From contig CBDCNQ010000004.1 of NCBI GenBank assembly GCA_965219445.1, positions 384,001 to 448,000 of the forward strand: 64,000 nt of DNA, given 5' to 3'. Position 1 is the first letter of the stretch; each line of letters starts with the position of its first letter. A model generated the notes under the pieces. That model was not told the DNA's origin. It did not search any database and saw nothing but the letters and a program-made list of their open reading frames with translations. A program made the position numbers and the translations under genes. The DNA is from Longimicrobiales bacterium (GTDB taxonomy: Bacteria; Gemmatimonadota; Gemmatimonadetes; Longimicrobiales; Gaopeijiaceae). This document shows, piece by piece, positions 17,677 through 27,167 of this stretch.

Positions 17677-19200
17677 TCACGCAGCGGCATACCTGGAAGT
17701 CACATCGGTCTGCGCGGCGCCGGAAAGAATCCTGAACTCATCCTCCCGAAGGAGTGGATCGTCGCTGATGTCGAGCTTCAGGCCGGTGACCTTTCCCAGT
17801 TTCCGGATAAAGTCAGGCTCCTCCTCCACGATCCGCAGTGCAACCTCGGGATGCATTCGGATCAAGAGCTTATTCTCAGCCCCCGTCACCGAAACACGAC
17901 GGATGCTCCGCTCGATCTGGCGTATGACCGTAGCCGGCGTATACACCCGGCCGGACCCCTCGCAGTGATCGCACGCACGAGTGAGCGTCTGAAACAACGA
18001 GGGCCGGACCCTCTGTCGCGTCATCTCGACCAATCCCAGGCCGGAGACCTCGAAGGCCTTGGTCCGGGCCCGGTCCTTCCCCAGGTGGGTCCGGAGCTCG
18101 CTGAGGACCTTGTCACGGTTCTTTTGAGACTCCATGTCGATGAAGTCACATACGATGATGCCCCCGATATCCCTCAATCGGAGCTGGCGTGCGATCTCTC
18201 GGGTGGCCTCTAGGTTGGTCTTCAGGATCGTGCTCTCGGGATCCTTCTTCCCCTTGTACCGCCCCGTGTTGACGTCGATCGATACGAGCGCCTCCGTGGG
18301 CTCGATGACCAGATAGCCACCCGAATGGAGCATCGCCTTCTTCCGGAGCGTCCCCTGAAATTCCTCCTCGACTCCATACTTGTCGAAAAGTGACTCGGAG
18401 TCCTTGTAGAGCCGGACACGATCCTTGAGTTCTGGAGCGACGTCCTTCACGTAGTGGAGGATCTCATTGTAGATCCCCCTATCGTCCACCGTAATCCATT
18501 CGAAACGATCGCTGAACAGGTCTCGGATCACTCCACTGATGAGCTTCGCCTCACCGTGGAGGGGGCTTGGAGCTTTCACTCCCTCCCTCTTTTTCAGAAT
18601 CTTCTGCCACTTGGAGCTGAGGCGCTTGAAGTCCTTCTTGAACGTTTCCTGATTGAGTTCCTCGCCCACGGTGCGAACGATGATGCCGCCCTTGTCCTTG
18701 GGAAGAACCCCCTTGGCAAGCTTGCGGAGACGCGCACGCTCCTCGCGATCCTCGATCTTGCGGCTCACACCCACCCGGGACGACCCGGGCATATAGACGA
18801 GAAATCTCCCAGGAAGTGAGATCTCTGCGGTCAGGCGGGGCCCTTTGGTGCTCATGGGCTCCTTCGTGACCTGGACGATGATCTCCTGGCCCTTACTGAT
18901 CTGATCCTGGATGGGTGGGTACTTTCGGTCACGCCTGCGCTTCCCAGCGCCCCCGTTTTCGTCGTCGTCGTCCCCCGAGTCCAGGTCGGAGGCGTGGAGG
19001 AACCCGGCCTTGTCCGTGCCGATATCGACGAAAGCGGCCTGAATGCCGGGCAAGACCGCCTCCACCTTGCCCAAGTATATGTCTCCGAGCAACCGACCTT
19101 GGTCGGCCCGGTCGAGCATCATCTCAACCAATTGCCCGTCTTCCATGAGCGCCACCCACGATTCGTGGGCCGTAGCACTCACGAGGATTTCTCTCCTCAC
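17677..19200 (-). CDS. Ribonuclease E/G family (RNase G-sized, no long scaffold tail)
   Basis: S1 domain (PGIQAAFVDIG), SIDVNTG, LRDIGGIIVCDFIDM, and the CxxCxG Zn-link. Confidence 0.95.
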   Translation of the reverse strand: MRREILVSATAHESWVALMEDGQLVEMMLDRADQGRLLGDIYLGKVEAVLPGIQAAFVDIGTDKAGFLHASDLDSGDDDDENGGAGKRRRDRKYPPIQDQISKGQEIIVQVTKEPMSTKGPRLTAEISLPGRFLVYMPGSSRVGVSRKIEDREERARLRKLAKGVLPKDKGGIIVRTVGEELNQETFKKDFKRLSSKWQKILKKREGVKAPSPLHGEAKLISGVIRDLFSDRFEWITVDDRGIYNEILHYVKDVAPELKDRVRLYKDSESLFDKYGVEEEFQGTLRKKAMLHSGGYLVIEPTEALVSIDVNTGRYKGKKDPESTILKTNLEATREIARQLRLRDIGGIIVCDFIDMESQKNRDKVLSELRTHLGKDRARTKAFEVSGLGLVEMTRQRVRPSLFQTLTRACDHCEGSGRVYTPATVIRQIERSIRRVSVTGAENKLLIRMHPEVALRIVEEEPDFIRKLGKVTGLKLDISDDPLLREDEFRILSGAAQTDVTSRYAAA

Positions 19201-19213
19201 TATGAATTTTCTC

Positions 19214-19416
19214 CTGGGCGGTCCCTCGTGACCAATCCCGCCGTGCGCTCAACCTGTCCCGGCGTCGCCCCCCTTCAAGCCTCGAGGGAGCGAAGTCGGC
19301 TTCAGACTGAGCCCGTAATGGCAGGCCAGCGGCCCGAGTGGACTTCCCTGTTACTCCAGCGTCGTCATGGCCGACAATCGCTCTGACGAGTTGCCGCCCA
19401 GTGATCAGACGCTGGA
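19214..19416 (-). ncRNA. Putative structured RNA / 5' leader of the RNase E/G gene
   Basis: Long end-to-end stem (CUGGGCGG/CCGCCCAG, CUCGU/ACGAG, extended by G-U pairs) enclosing further hairpins; abuts the RBS. Confidence 0.55.
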
Positions 19417-19670
19417 TTTGTTTGTAACCGCACAGACCTTGCAGACTGGCCCTTCGGCTCGAGCCACGTGATCGGTGAGGTGTTTCCTTCGTGTACGTCT
19501 CTTCCTGCTTGAATTCTCTGTGGCGATATCCGCCCGGTGAATCGAGCGCCCCTGATATCCCTTATTCTTCCTTGCTTTCGATCTTTCCCACTTTCCCGTG
19601 TTCGTTCGAATATAGCGCCGCCCGCATTCCACCGCTTGGGGGAATTCCAAGCCGACCGTCGGCTTGCGGG

Positions 19671-21182
19671 TCATGACGCTGGGGATACACTTCGAACCGC
19701 CGAGGCGGTCCCCACCCCACTTCTGCCACATACGTCGCAACCGCCGCAGGTTGGCGTCTCGTCACCGAAGTAGCCGAGAAGCGTCAACCTCCTGCACCTG
19801 GGCGTGGTGGCATATTCTCGCACCGCCCGCAGGCCTTCGACACCGGCCTCACGAAGCCGCTGTGCCCGCGACCAATTCGGGCCCGAGGCGTGAACCCCCA
19901 GATCGAGGATCACGCGGCTGAGGTCCGGCTGTGCTTCCGCCTGCCCCGGCCCTTTGTAAACGCGAACCGCACCGAGGCGTTCCAAGGCCGCCAGAAGCGT
20001 CCACAACTCCTCTTCCGCGCAACCCGTGGCCCGGAGGAGACGACCGGCTTCCAGCAAGCCGCGCTCGCCCCCTCCGACGGTGCGCCGGAGGGCCCGCACG
20101 GCTCGCTTCAGGAGCCGGATGGGTGGACGGGACCGGTCCAGGAAGGCCATGTGCAGACGCTGATCGTCTTCACCCCAGAGAGCTACACAACGAGCGGTGT
20201 CCCCGTCCCGGCCTGCGCGGCCCGCCTCCTGGTAATACGACTCCAGAGTGGCGGGCATCTGGTAGTGAAAAACGAGCCGGACGTCGCTCTTGTCCACACC
20301 CATTCCGAACGCGTTGGTGGCAACGATCTTGCGCGTCTTTCCGGTCAGGAACTCCTCCTGCACGCGGCTTCGCACCTCCGGTTCCAACCCCGCGTGATAC
20401 GCGGCGGTCGGTATCCCGAGCCGAGCCAGATCGGAGCGAATCGTCTCGACGACTCGGCGCGTACCCGCGTAGATCACCGCAGCACCCGACTCCGATCGAC
20501 CGAGGCGTCTGATGGCGCTCATCTTGGCCGAATGCCCATCCGCCCGTTCGACGTACCAACCCAGGTTCGGGCGATCGAACGACCCCACAACCCGTATCGG
20601 CCGATTCAGCGAAAGCACGTCCAGGATATCCTCGCGCACTCTCGGTGTGGCGGTCGCCGTGAGAGCCATGACCGGCGCCGTGAGCTTTAGCCGCAGCACG
20701 CCCAGGCGACGATACGAGGGCCTGAAGTCATGCCCCCACTCGCTGATGCAATGCGCCTCGTCCACGGCGATCAGCGAGACACCGGCCGTCCCGAGCTTGT
20801 CCATGAAGCCCGGGGTCTCCAGGCGCTCCGGCGCCACGAAGAGCAGCTTGACGCCACCACTGAGCACATCGCGCAGCACCGTACTTCGCTCACGGGCGGA
20901 CAGCGCACTGGTGATGAAAGCGGCTGGGATCGAAGCACTAATGGCGCGCTGGGTCTGGTCTTCCATGAGCGAGATCAGCGGGCTCAGCACGAGAGTGAGC
21001 CCCGGGAGCGCTAGAGCAGGGACCTGATAGCAGAGACTCTTGCCGCCGCCCGTCGGAAGCACGCCGAGCGCATCCCGGCCCGCCAGCGCGGCGCCCACCA
21101 GACGCTCCTGGCCATCACGAAAGGACGAAAATCCGAAGTGATCGTATAGAATGCGGCGGGCGTCGATCGAGTCCGGGGGCAT
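19671..21182 (-). CDS. recQ: RecQ-family ATP-dependent DNA helicase
   Basis: PTGGGKSLCYQ, VDEAHCISEWGHDFRP, YYQEAGRAGRDG and CRR...CGGCDVC motifs; no HRDC domain. Confidence 0.93.
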   Translation of the reverse strand: MPPDSIDARRILYDHFGFSSFRDGQERLVGAALAGRDALGVLPTGGGKSLCYQVPALALPGLTLVLSPLISLMEDQTQRAISASIPAAFITSALSARERSTVLRDVLSGGVKLLFVAPERLETPGFMDKLGTAGVSLIAVDEAHCISEWGHDFRPSYRRLGVLRLKLTAPVMALTATATPRVREDILDVLSLNRPIRVVGSFDRPNLGWYVERADGHSAKMSAIRRLGRSESGAAVIYAGTRRVVETIRSDLARLGIPTAAYHAGLEPEVRSRVQEEFLTGKTRKIVATNAFGMGVDKSDVRLVFHYQMPATLESYYQEAGRAGRDGDTARCVALWGEDDQRLHMAFLDRSRPPIRLLKRAVRALRRTVGGGERGLLEAGRLLRATGCAEEELWTLLAALERLGAVRVYKGPGQAEAQPDLSRVILDLGVHASGPNWSRAQRLREAGVEGLRAVREYATTPRCRRLTLLGYFGDETPTCGGCDVCGRSGVGTASAVRSVSPAS

Positions 21183-21239
21183 CCGGAACCCTGGTCTCGG
21201 ATTCCGGGCGAATCCATGGACGTCTGGGGCATGGTGAGA

Positions 21240-21476
21240 CTAGCGCTCGGGCGCCGTCGGCTCCTTCCCTCCTGGGCCCGCGTCGCCGGCCGCAGACAGT
21301 CGAAGCACGAACCCCACCAACAACACGATAAGGGCAGCCGTCACGAGCCAAGAAACGTCCAGAAAAATGCCCGCGAGGCCAAGCACGGCGCCCAGGAAGA
21401 ACGCCCAAATCCTCCATCTCAAAAGGACGGCACGGTTCACTTCAGACCCGCTCCTCGGGCGTCGAGAACCATTCAC
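21240..21476 (-). CDS. Small 2-TM membrane protein
   Basis: Two hydrophobic helices; overlaps the end of the B12-binding gene. Confidence 0.6.
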   Translation of the reverse strand: MNGSRRPRSGSEVNRAVLLRWRIWAFFLGAVLGLAGIFLDVSWLVTAALIVLLVGFVLRLSAAGDAGPGGKEPTAPER

Positions 21477-21861
21477 GGATGTACTCTACGGCCTCCACGG
21501 TCGGAGTCCCTGGACCGAACAGACGTCCCACGCCGGTCTCCTCGAGCACCTTCATGTCCTCTTCGGGAATGATTCCGCCCCCCGTGAGCAACACACGATC
21601 GGCGCCCTCCTCCTTCAGCAATTCGAGGACACGAGGAAAGAGCGTCATGTGGGCTCCCGAGAGAACCGACAACGCCACTACGTCGACATCCTCCTGAACA
21701 GCCGCGTTGACAATCATCTCGGGCGTCTGATGAAGGCCGGTGTAGATCACCTCGAAACCGGCATCTCTGAAAGACGCGGCGATGACCTTGGCGCCGCGAT
21801 CATGGCCATCCAACCCAGGCTTGGCCACGAGGATGCGGATCTTCCGTTCCTCCGACGTCAT
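21442..21861 (-). CDS. Cobalamin-binding small subunit of an acyl-CoA mutase
   Basis: [13 protein letters not shown] (DxHxxG), SVLSGAH and GGGIIP motifs. Confidence 0.95.
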   Translation of the reverse strand: MTSEERKIRILVAKPGLDGHDRGAKVIAASFRDAGFEVIYTGLHQTPEMIVNAAVQEDVDVVALSVLSGAHMTLFPRVLELLKEEGADRVLLTGGGIIPEEDMKVLEETGVGRLFGPGTPTVEAVEYIREWFSTPEERV

Positions 21862-22162
21862 TCACATCTCCTCTAGGTCCTGGCCTCGAGCTCGGGGTGG
21901 CACCAACGGCTCGGGAAGTGAAACGGAGCACGAAGCGCAGGAGGGACAGAAACCACCAGGATCACCGCAAGATAAGAACGCACGGTAGTCATGCGGAAAG
22001 CTACTGATCTCGCCAGAGCGACGGTAGTTGGGCCGGAGAAACTCCACGGAGGTAAAGCAGAGTGCCTCCCTTGCTCATCGCGATGACGTCGCGCGATCTT
22101 GGGTGGTCGTGTGCCCCATCCCATCCTCGACCCGACCCTCGAATGCCCAAGAGGAGAACCGG

Positions 22163-23716
22163 ATGAATTCGTCCCGCTTTCTCGTTTTTTTGTTCGCCGC
22201 TACGCTCGTGTCAGGGCTCGGTATAGACGAACTGAAGGCTCAGGATTTCCCCTCCGACGACCCGATCATCAGGGAGATCTGGGCTCAGGGCATGGAAGAC
22301 GGCTCGCAAGTCGAGCGTCTAGCACAGGTCTTGCTCGACTCCATCGGCCCCCGCCTCTCGGGAAGCCCCGGCCAGCGCAGCTCGGTCGAGTGGGCCGTGT
22401 CCATGTACGAGGGCTGGGACGTCCCGGTTCGAGCAGAGCAGTACGGTACGTGGCGGGGCTGGGACCGCGGGTACACACATATCGATCTCGTGGCCCCGCG
22501 GAAGCGCACGCTCAATGGAACGATGCTTGCCTGGAGCCCGGGCACCGACGGACCGGTCGAGGGTGAGGTGATCGCGATGCCGTCATTCAGTAATCAGGCC
22601 GATTTCGAGGCCTGGCTGCCCAGCGTCGCCGAAAAGTTCGTCGCGCTCTGGTACGCCGAGCCTACCTGCCGTGCACCCGAAAGCTGGGCGGCCCTGGCTA
22701 CCCCGGAATCCCAGAGCCGCATGCAGGCACTCCAACAACGCGTTCAAGGTGAGTGGATCTCCAGCATCCGGAGCGCCGGCGGCATCGGACGGATTGCCCT
22801 GGGGATCGAGGGTGCGGGAGCCGCCGGGATCGTCGCTTCCAATTGGTCGAATGGGTGGGGCGCCAACAAGATATTCTCGTCCTACACCTCGCGTGTCCCC
22901 TCAATCCACTTGAGCTGTGAAGACTACGGGCTGGTGCACCGATTGGCGTCAAACGATCAGGTGCCCGTGCTCCGGATCGACGCGGAGGCGGAATTCCTGG
23001 GTGAGGTCCCCGTCTTCAACGTGGTCGGCGAGCTGCGGGGCACGGAGTCGCCCGATGAATACGTTCTTCTAAACGCGCACTTCGACTCCTGGGATGGCGG
23101 CTCGGGCGCGACAGACAACGGAACCGGCTCGATCATGATGATGGAGGCCATACGCATCCTGAAGGAGGTCTACCCGCAGCCACGACGGACCATTCTGGTG
23201 GCGCATTGGGGCGGGGAGGAACAAGGGACCAACGGATCACTAGCGTTTGCCGAGGATCATCCGGAAGTAGTCGACGGACTCCAGGCTGCGTTCAATCAGG
23301 ACAACGGCACTTGGCGAGTCGAAATGTTTCGGATGCAGGAGTTCCCGGAGGCCGCCGAGAACTGGGAGCGATGGGTCAGTCCGATCCCACGCGATATCAC
23401 CCAGCACATCGAGCTCGACTTCGAGGTCGTTCCCGAGACCGGAAGCAGCGACGAAATGTCGTTCATCTGCAGAGGTGCCCTTGGATTTCGGCTATTGTCG
23501 CACTATCCGGATTATCGCCAATACACCTGGCATACGGAGCTCGATACCTATGACAAGATCGTTTTCGACGACCTGAGGAACAACGCCACGCTGGTCGCGA
23601 TGCTGGCTTATATGGCTTCGGAAGATCCGGACCGGGTCTCAAATGCTCGGCGGACCCTTTCCGCAGACCAACAGTGGCCCGCCTGTAGGACTCCCCAACG
23701 CAGCCCCGGCGGGTAA
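22163..23716 (+). CDS. Secreted M28-family metallopeptidase (carboxypeptidase Q-like)
   Basis: Signal peptide; AHFDSWD, ATDNGTG, GEEQG, NQDNG and YTWHT motifs. Confidence 0.9.
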   Translation: MNSSRFLVFLFAATLVSGLGIDELKAQDFPSDDPIIREIWAQGMEDGSQVERLAQVLLDSIGPRLSGSPGQRSSVEWAVSMYEGWDVPVRAEQYGTWRGWDRGYTHIDLVAPRKRTLNGTMLAWSPGTDGPVEGEVIAMPSFSNQADFEAWLPSVAEKFVALWYAEPTCRAPESWAALATPESQSRMQALQQRVQGEWISSIRSAGGIGRIALGIEGAGAAGIVASNWSNGWGANKIFSSYTSRVPSIHLSCEDYGLVHRLASNDQVPVLRIDAEAEFLGEVPVFNVVGELRGTESPDEYVLLNAHFDSWDGGSGATDNGTGSIMMMEAIRILKEVYPQPRRTILVAHWGGEEQGTNGSLAFAEDHPEVVDGLQAAFNQDNGTWRVEMFRMQEFPEAAENWERWVSPIPRDITQHIELDFEVVPETGSSDEMSFICRGALGFRLLSHYPDYRQYTWHTELDTYDKIVFDDLRNNATLVAMLAYMASEDPDRVSNARRTLSADQQWPACRTPQRSPGG

Positions 23717-23839
23717 CGAAAGGGGGCCGGGGTCCCGCTGGACAAACCGGGCCTAAGGTCATAACATCGGCCACGTTAGGGCCATGGAAACATGGCCGCC
23801 GTCAGAAACCTCGACTCTGCATGCTGGAGGAGCCAATCG

Positions 23840-24262
23840 ATGGCGCGGATTCGTGTCACGCTCAGGTGGATCAAGATTCTCGACAACCTCGAGCCGTTCT
23901 ACAAAGAGACGGGAGAATTCCGGTTTCGCTCGCGGATCTCGAGCGAAAGTGGTGAAGGATTTTCGCATGAGACGCGCTTCCCCGAAGAGGGACACTACTC
24001 GCTCTCCGACAAGCCGGGGTGGAATTACGTCACGCTGAACAAGAACCTGTTCGAGGGCGAGGTGGAGGATCACCTTTCGGTCGAGTTGTATGGTGAAGAA
24101 ATCGACGTGATGAGTGCGAACGACGAGCTCGATCACTACCAACGTGATCACCGCGGCCCGGTGGACGACTAGGTGGGTCTCTACGAACCCGCCGATGAGG
24201 GAGCGACCGACCCTGAAGCCATGAGCAACTGGCGCATCAGTTACACGATCGAAAAGGTCTAG
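23840..24262 (+). pseudogene. Hypothetical gene interrupted by an in-frame TAG at 24170-24172
   Basis: GGAGGAG RBS. The frame continues 29 coding-like codons past the TAG (GPVDD*VGLYEP...WRISYTIEKV*). Confidence 0.6.
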
Positions 24263-24264
24263 TG

Positions 24265-26001
24265 TTAGAAGAACACGGGCTCCTTGTAGCTCCCGAAAGT
24301 CTTCTCCATCGAGTGCCGGATCTCGTAGAGGGTACAGCCAGCCCGGGCACAATCTAGAATGCCGGGCACCACGTTGGTCCCCTCCCGGCACGAGGTCTCC
24401 AACGCATCAAGAGCCTGATCGACGTCGCTGTCGTTCCTCGCCTCCCTCAGATCGGCCATCCGCATGCGTTGACGTTCCTCCACTGAAGCGTCGATCTTGA
24501 GGGTGTCGATCTCGACCTGCTCCGACCCCTCGGTGAATTCGTTGACCCCAACGACGAGGCGCCGGGACGACTCCACCTCGGCCTGCTGCCGGCGCGCCGA
24601 CTCGGCGATCTCCCTCTGGAAGAACCCTGTCTCAATCCCGGGCACCACACCACCCAATTCGGCGATCCGGCTGAAGAAATCCAAGGCCTCGGTCTCGAGC
24701 CGGTCCGTGAGTGTTTCCACGTAGTACGACCCCGCCAAGGGATCGATCGTATTCGGCACGCCACTTTCGTACGCCAGAATTTGCTGCGTCCGGAGCGCGA
24801 TTCGGACGGCCTTCTCGGTGGGTAGTGCCAGCGTCTCGTCCATGGAGTTCGTATGAAGGGATTGCGTTCCTCCCAGGACGGCGGCCATGGCCTGGTAGGC
24901 CACCCGAACAATGTTGTTCTCGGGTTGTTGGCCGGTGAGGCTCACGCCAGCCGTTTGGGCGTGTGTGCGTAAGCGCCATGCCTCGGGGTTGGTGGCCCCG
25001 TACTTCTCGCGCATGAAGCGAGCCCAAATACGCCGTGCCGCGCGAAACTTGGAGATTTCTTCGAAGAAATCGTTGTGTACGTCGAAGAAGAAGGAGAGGC
25101 GTGGCGCGAACGTATCGACATCCAACCCACGAGCGATGCCCCGTTCGACATACTCGAACCCATTGCGCAGCGTGAACGCGAGCTCTTGGACGGCCGTCGC
25201 CCCCGCCTCACGAATATGGTAACCCGAGATCGAGATGGGATTGTACCTCGGTGCGTGCTCCGCACACCACTCGAACATGTCGACGGTGCACCGCAACGCG
25301 GGTTCGGGCGGAAAGACCCAAGCGTGTTGAGCCTGATACTCCTTGAGGATGTCGTTTTGCACCGTGCCCCGGAGTTGCTCCGGGCGGACGCCCTGTCGTT
25401 CGGCCGCCACCACGTAGAAGCAGAAGAGAATGATGGCCGGACCGTTGATCGTCATGGAGACCGAGACCTGATCGAGAGGAATCCCTTCGAAGAGGGTTTC
25501 CATGTCGGCCAGCGACGAAACCGCCACACCGCACACACCCACCTCACCCAGTGAGCGTGGGTGATCACTATCGTATCCCATGAGCGTGGGAAAATCGAAC
25601 GCCACCGACAGCCCTGTGGTACCGTGCTCGAGCAGGTACTTGTACCGCCGGTTCGTGTCCTCAGCGGTGGCGAATCCTGCAAACTGCCGCATCGTCCAGA
25701 GGCGGGTCCGATACATGCTCGCGTAAGGACCCCGCGTAAAGGGATACTGTCCCGGAACGCCAAGCGCCTCGGCGTACGCCTCCCGGGACATCCGATCAAG
25801 GGGGGTGTAGAGCGGGGCGACTTCGATCCCCGATCTCGTGCTGAAAAGGGCTTCCCTGGGCGGGGTCGCGCCGAACTCCTCCTCCCAACGGCGGAGCTGC
25901 TCAGAAAGGCGCTCCAGTTCCAACTCCTGCTGACGAACCCGCTCGGCCAACTCGCCTGGGACGGTCACGTCGCGTTCTATGATCGACATGCGATCTTCCA
26001 T
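24265..26001 (-). CDS. B12-dependent acyl-CoA mutase large subunit (MCM family; isobutyryl-CoA-mutase-like residues)
   Basis: PFTRGPY, WTMRQFAGF, GTVQNDILKEYQAQ, SISGYHIREAG and GGTQSLHTN motifs; no fused B12 domain. Confidence 0.93.
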   Translation of the reverse strand: MEDRMSIIERDVTVPGELAERVRQQELELERLSEQLRRWEEEFGATPPREALFSTRSGIEVAPLYTPLDRMSREAYAEALGVPGQYPFTRGPYASMYRTRLWTMRQFAGFATAEDTNRRYKYLLEHGTTGLSVAFDFPTLMGYDSDHPRSLGEVGVCGVAVSSLADMETLFEGIPLDQVSVSMTINGPAIILFCFYVVAAERQGVRPEQLRGTVQNDILKEYQAQHAWVFPPEPALRCTVDMFEWCAEHAPRYNPISISGYHIREAGATAVQELAFTLRNGFEYVERGIARGLDVDTFAPRLSFFFDVHNDFFEEISKFRAARRIWARFMREKYGATNPEAWRLRTHAQTAGVSLTGQQPENNIVRVAYQAMAAVLGGTQSLHTNSMDETLALPTEKAVRIALRTQQILAYESGVPNTIDPLAGSYYVETLTDRLETEALDFFSRIAELGGVVPGIETGFFQREIAESARRQQAEVESSRRLVVGVNEFTEGSEQVEIDTLKIDASVEERQRMRMADLREARNDSDVDQALDALETSCREGTNVVPGILDCARAGCTLYEIRHSMEKTFGSYKEPVFF

Positions 26002-26087
26002 GATTTAGGCCGAGAAAGTCTACCCAGGACTCGATCAAATGTCCCGTAATTCGGAGGAACCGTCCCCAGCGGCCTGCTGAAGAAGTA

Positions 26088-27161
26088 CTATTCTTGGACG
26101 AGGAGCGTCTTCAGGATCGAGGCCGAAACCGAGTACGGGGTGGCCTTACCCTGCTGGATATGATCCAGCCCGGTGTCGAGTAACCCCTTGGTCGCTTCAC
26201 TCCGCCAAAGGATCCCGCGAAGCGAACGCTCCGCGACCTCACGCACGCGCACCGCCGCTCGTGCCCGCCGCCGGGCGCCCAACTCACCGGACTCATCTAG
26301 ATGTTCCCGATGCCGGTCCACGGCGTCGAGCAGTTCCTCCACCCCTTCCCCCGTCTGAGCAACGGTTTTGAGAATGGGAATTTCCCAGAGTCCGTCATCG
26401 TCCGTAGCGGGGTGGGGGGCGGTGGCCTCGGCCTTCTTGGCCGCAAGCGTCAGATCAACCCCGTGATGGGCTGTAAAATCGCCCAAGGCTTTCCCGACCC
26501 GAAGGTGTAGGGCGGTCTGTATGTCTTTGAGCACCCGATCGGCGCCTGGCCGATCCGCTTTGTTCACTACGAAGATGTCCGCAATCTCCATGAGTCCGGC
26601 CTTCATGGCCTGGATTCCGTCGCCCGACTCCGGGACCAGTACCACCACCACCGTGTCGGCCGCCCCGGTAATCTCCAGCTCGGTCTGGCCGACTCCTACC
26701 GTCTCGATGAGAAGGCGCGCGAGCCCGAACGCGTCCATGAGGTCGATAACCTCCTTGGAGGTGGTAGCAAGCCCTCCGAGCGAACCCCGGGTCGCCATGG
26801 AGCGAATGAATATGCCGCGATCGATGGCCAGGTCGTTCATCCTGATCCGGTCCCCGAGAAGGGCTCCCCCCGAATAGGGCGACGTCGGGTCGACAGCCAC
26901 CACACCGACGTCTTCGTTGCGGGCACGGCACAGGTTGGCCAACTCGGCAATCAGACTCGACTTCCCGCCGCCCGGCGGACCGGTCAGCCCAACGCGCCTG
27001 GCGCGAGGCCCCGCAGCGAGCACACGATGGAGAAATCCCTGGAAACCGGGCGTCTCATTCTCGATGACGGAAATCGCACGGGCGAGGGCCGTCCGCTTCC
27101 CGGCGTGGAACCGCGTGAGAAGCGATCCTAGCTCTTCCGGGAGCGGCTCAGTCGGATCCAT
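26088..27161 (-). CDS. meaB: Mutase-associated GTPase MeaB/ArgK
   Basis: GPPGGGKS, VDPTSPYSGGALLGDRIRM, ETVGVGQ and NKAD motifs. Confidence 0.95.
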   Translation of the reverse strand: MDPTEPLPEELGSLLTRFHAGKRTALARAISVIENETPGFQGFLHRVLAAGPRARRVGLTGPPGGGKSSLIAELANLCRARNEDVGVVAVDPTSPYSGGALLGDRIRMNDLAIDRGIFIRSMATRGSLGGLATTSKEVIDLMDAFGLARLLIETVGVGQTELEITGAADTVVVVLVPESGDGIQAMKAGLMEIADIFVVNKADRPGADRVLKDIQTALHLRVGKALGDFTAHHGVDLTLAAKKAEATAPHPATDDDGLWEIPILKTVAQTGEGVEELLDAVDRHREHLDESGELGARRRARAAVRVREVAERSLRGILWRSEATKGLLDTGLDHIQQGKATPYSVSASILKTLLVQE

Positions 27162-27167
27162 TTCTGA

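Noticed and set aside
19214..19401. 6S RNA or cobalamin riboswitch identity for the structured region
   Set aside because: The size fits 6S, but the fold looks branched and abuts an RBS. The B12-box and CGGUG/AAUCCG elements are absent. Not formally excluded without cmscan.
21183..21240. LexA-type TTCGGG direct repeat upstream of recQ
   Set aside because: Only weak partial matches, with no 11-bp-period pair.
24170..24172. Genome-wide TAG recoding or pyrrolysine
   Set aside because: Conserved genes (acnA, rplU, rpmA, lexA, tal) end at TAG at normal length, and no pyl genes are in the window.
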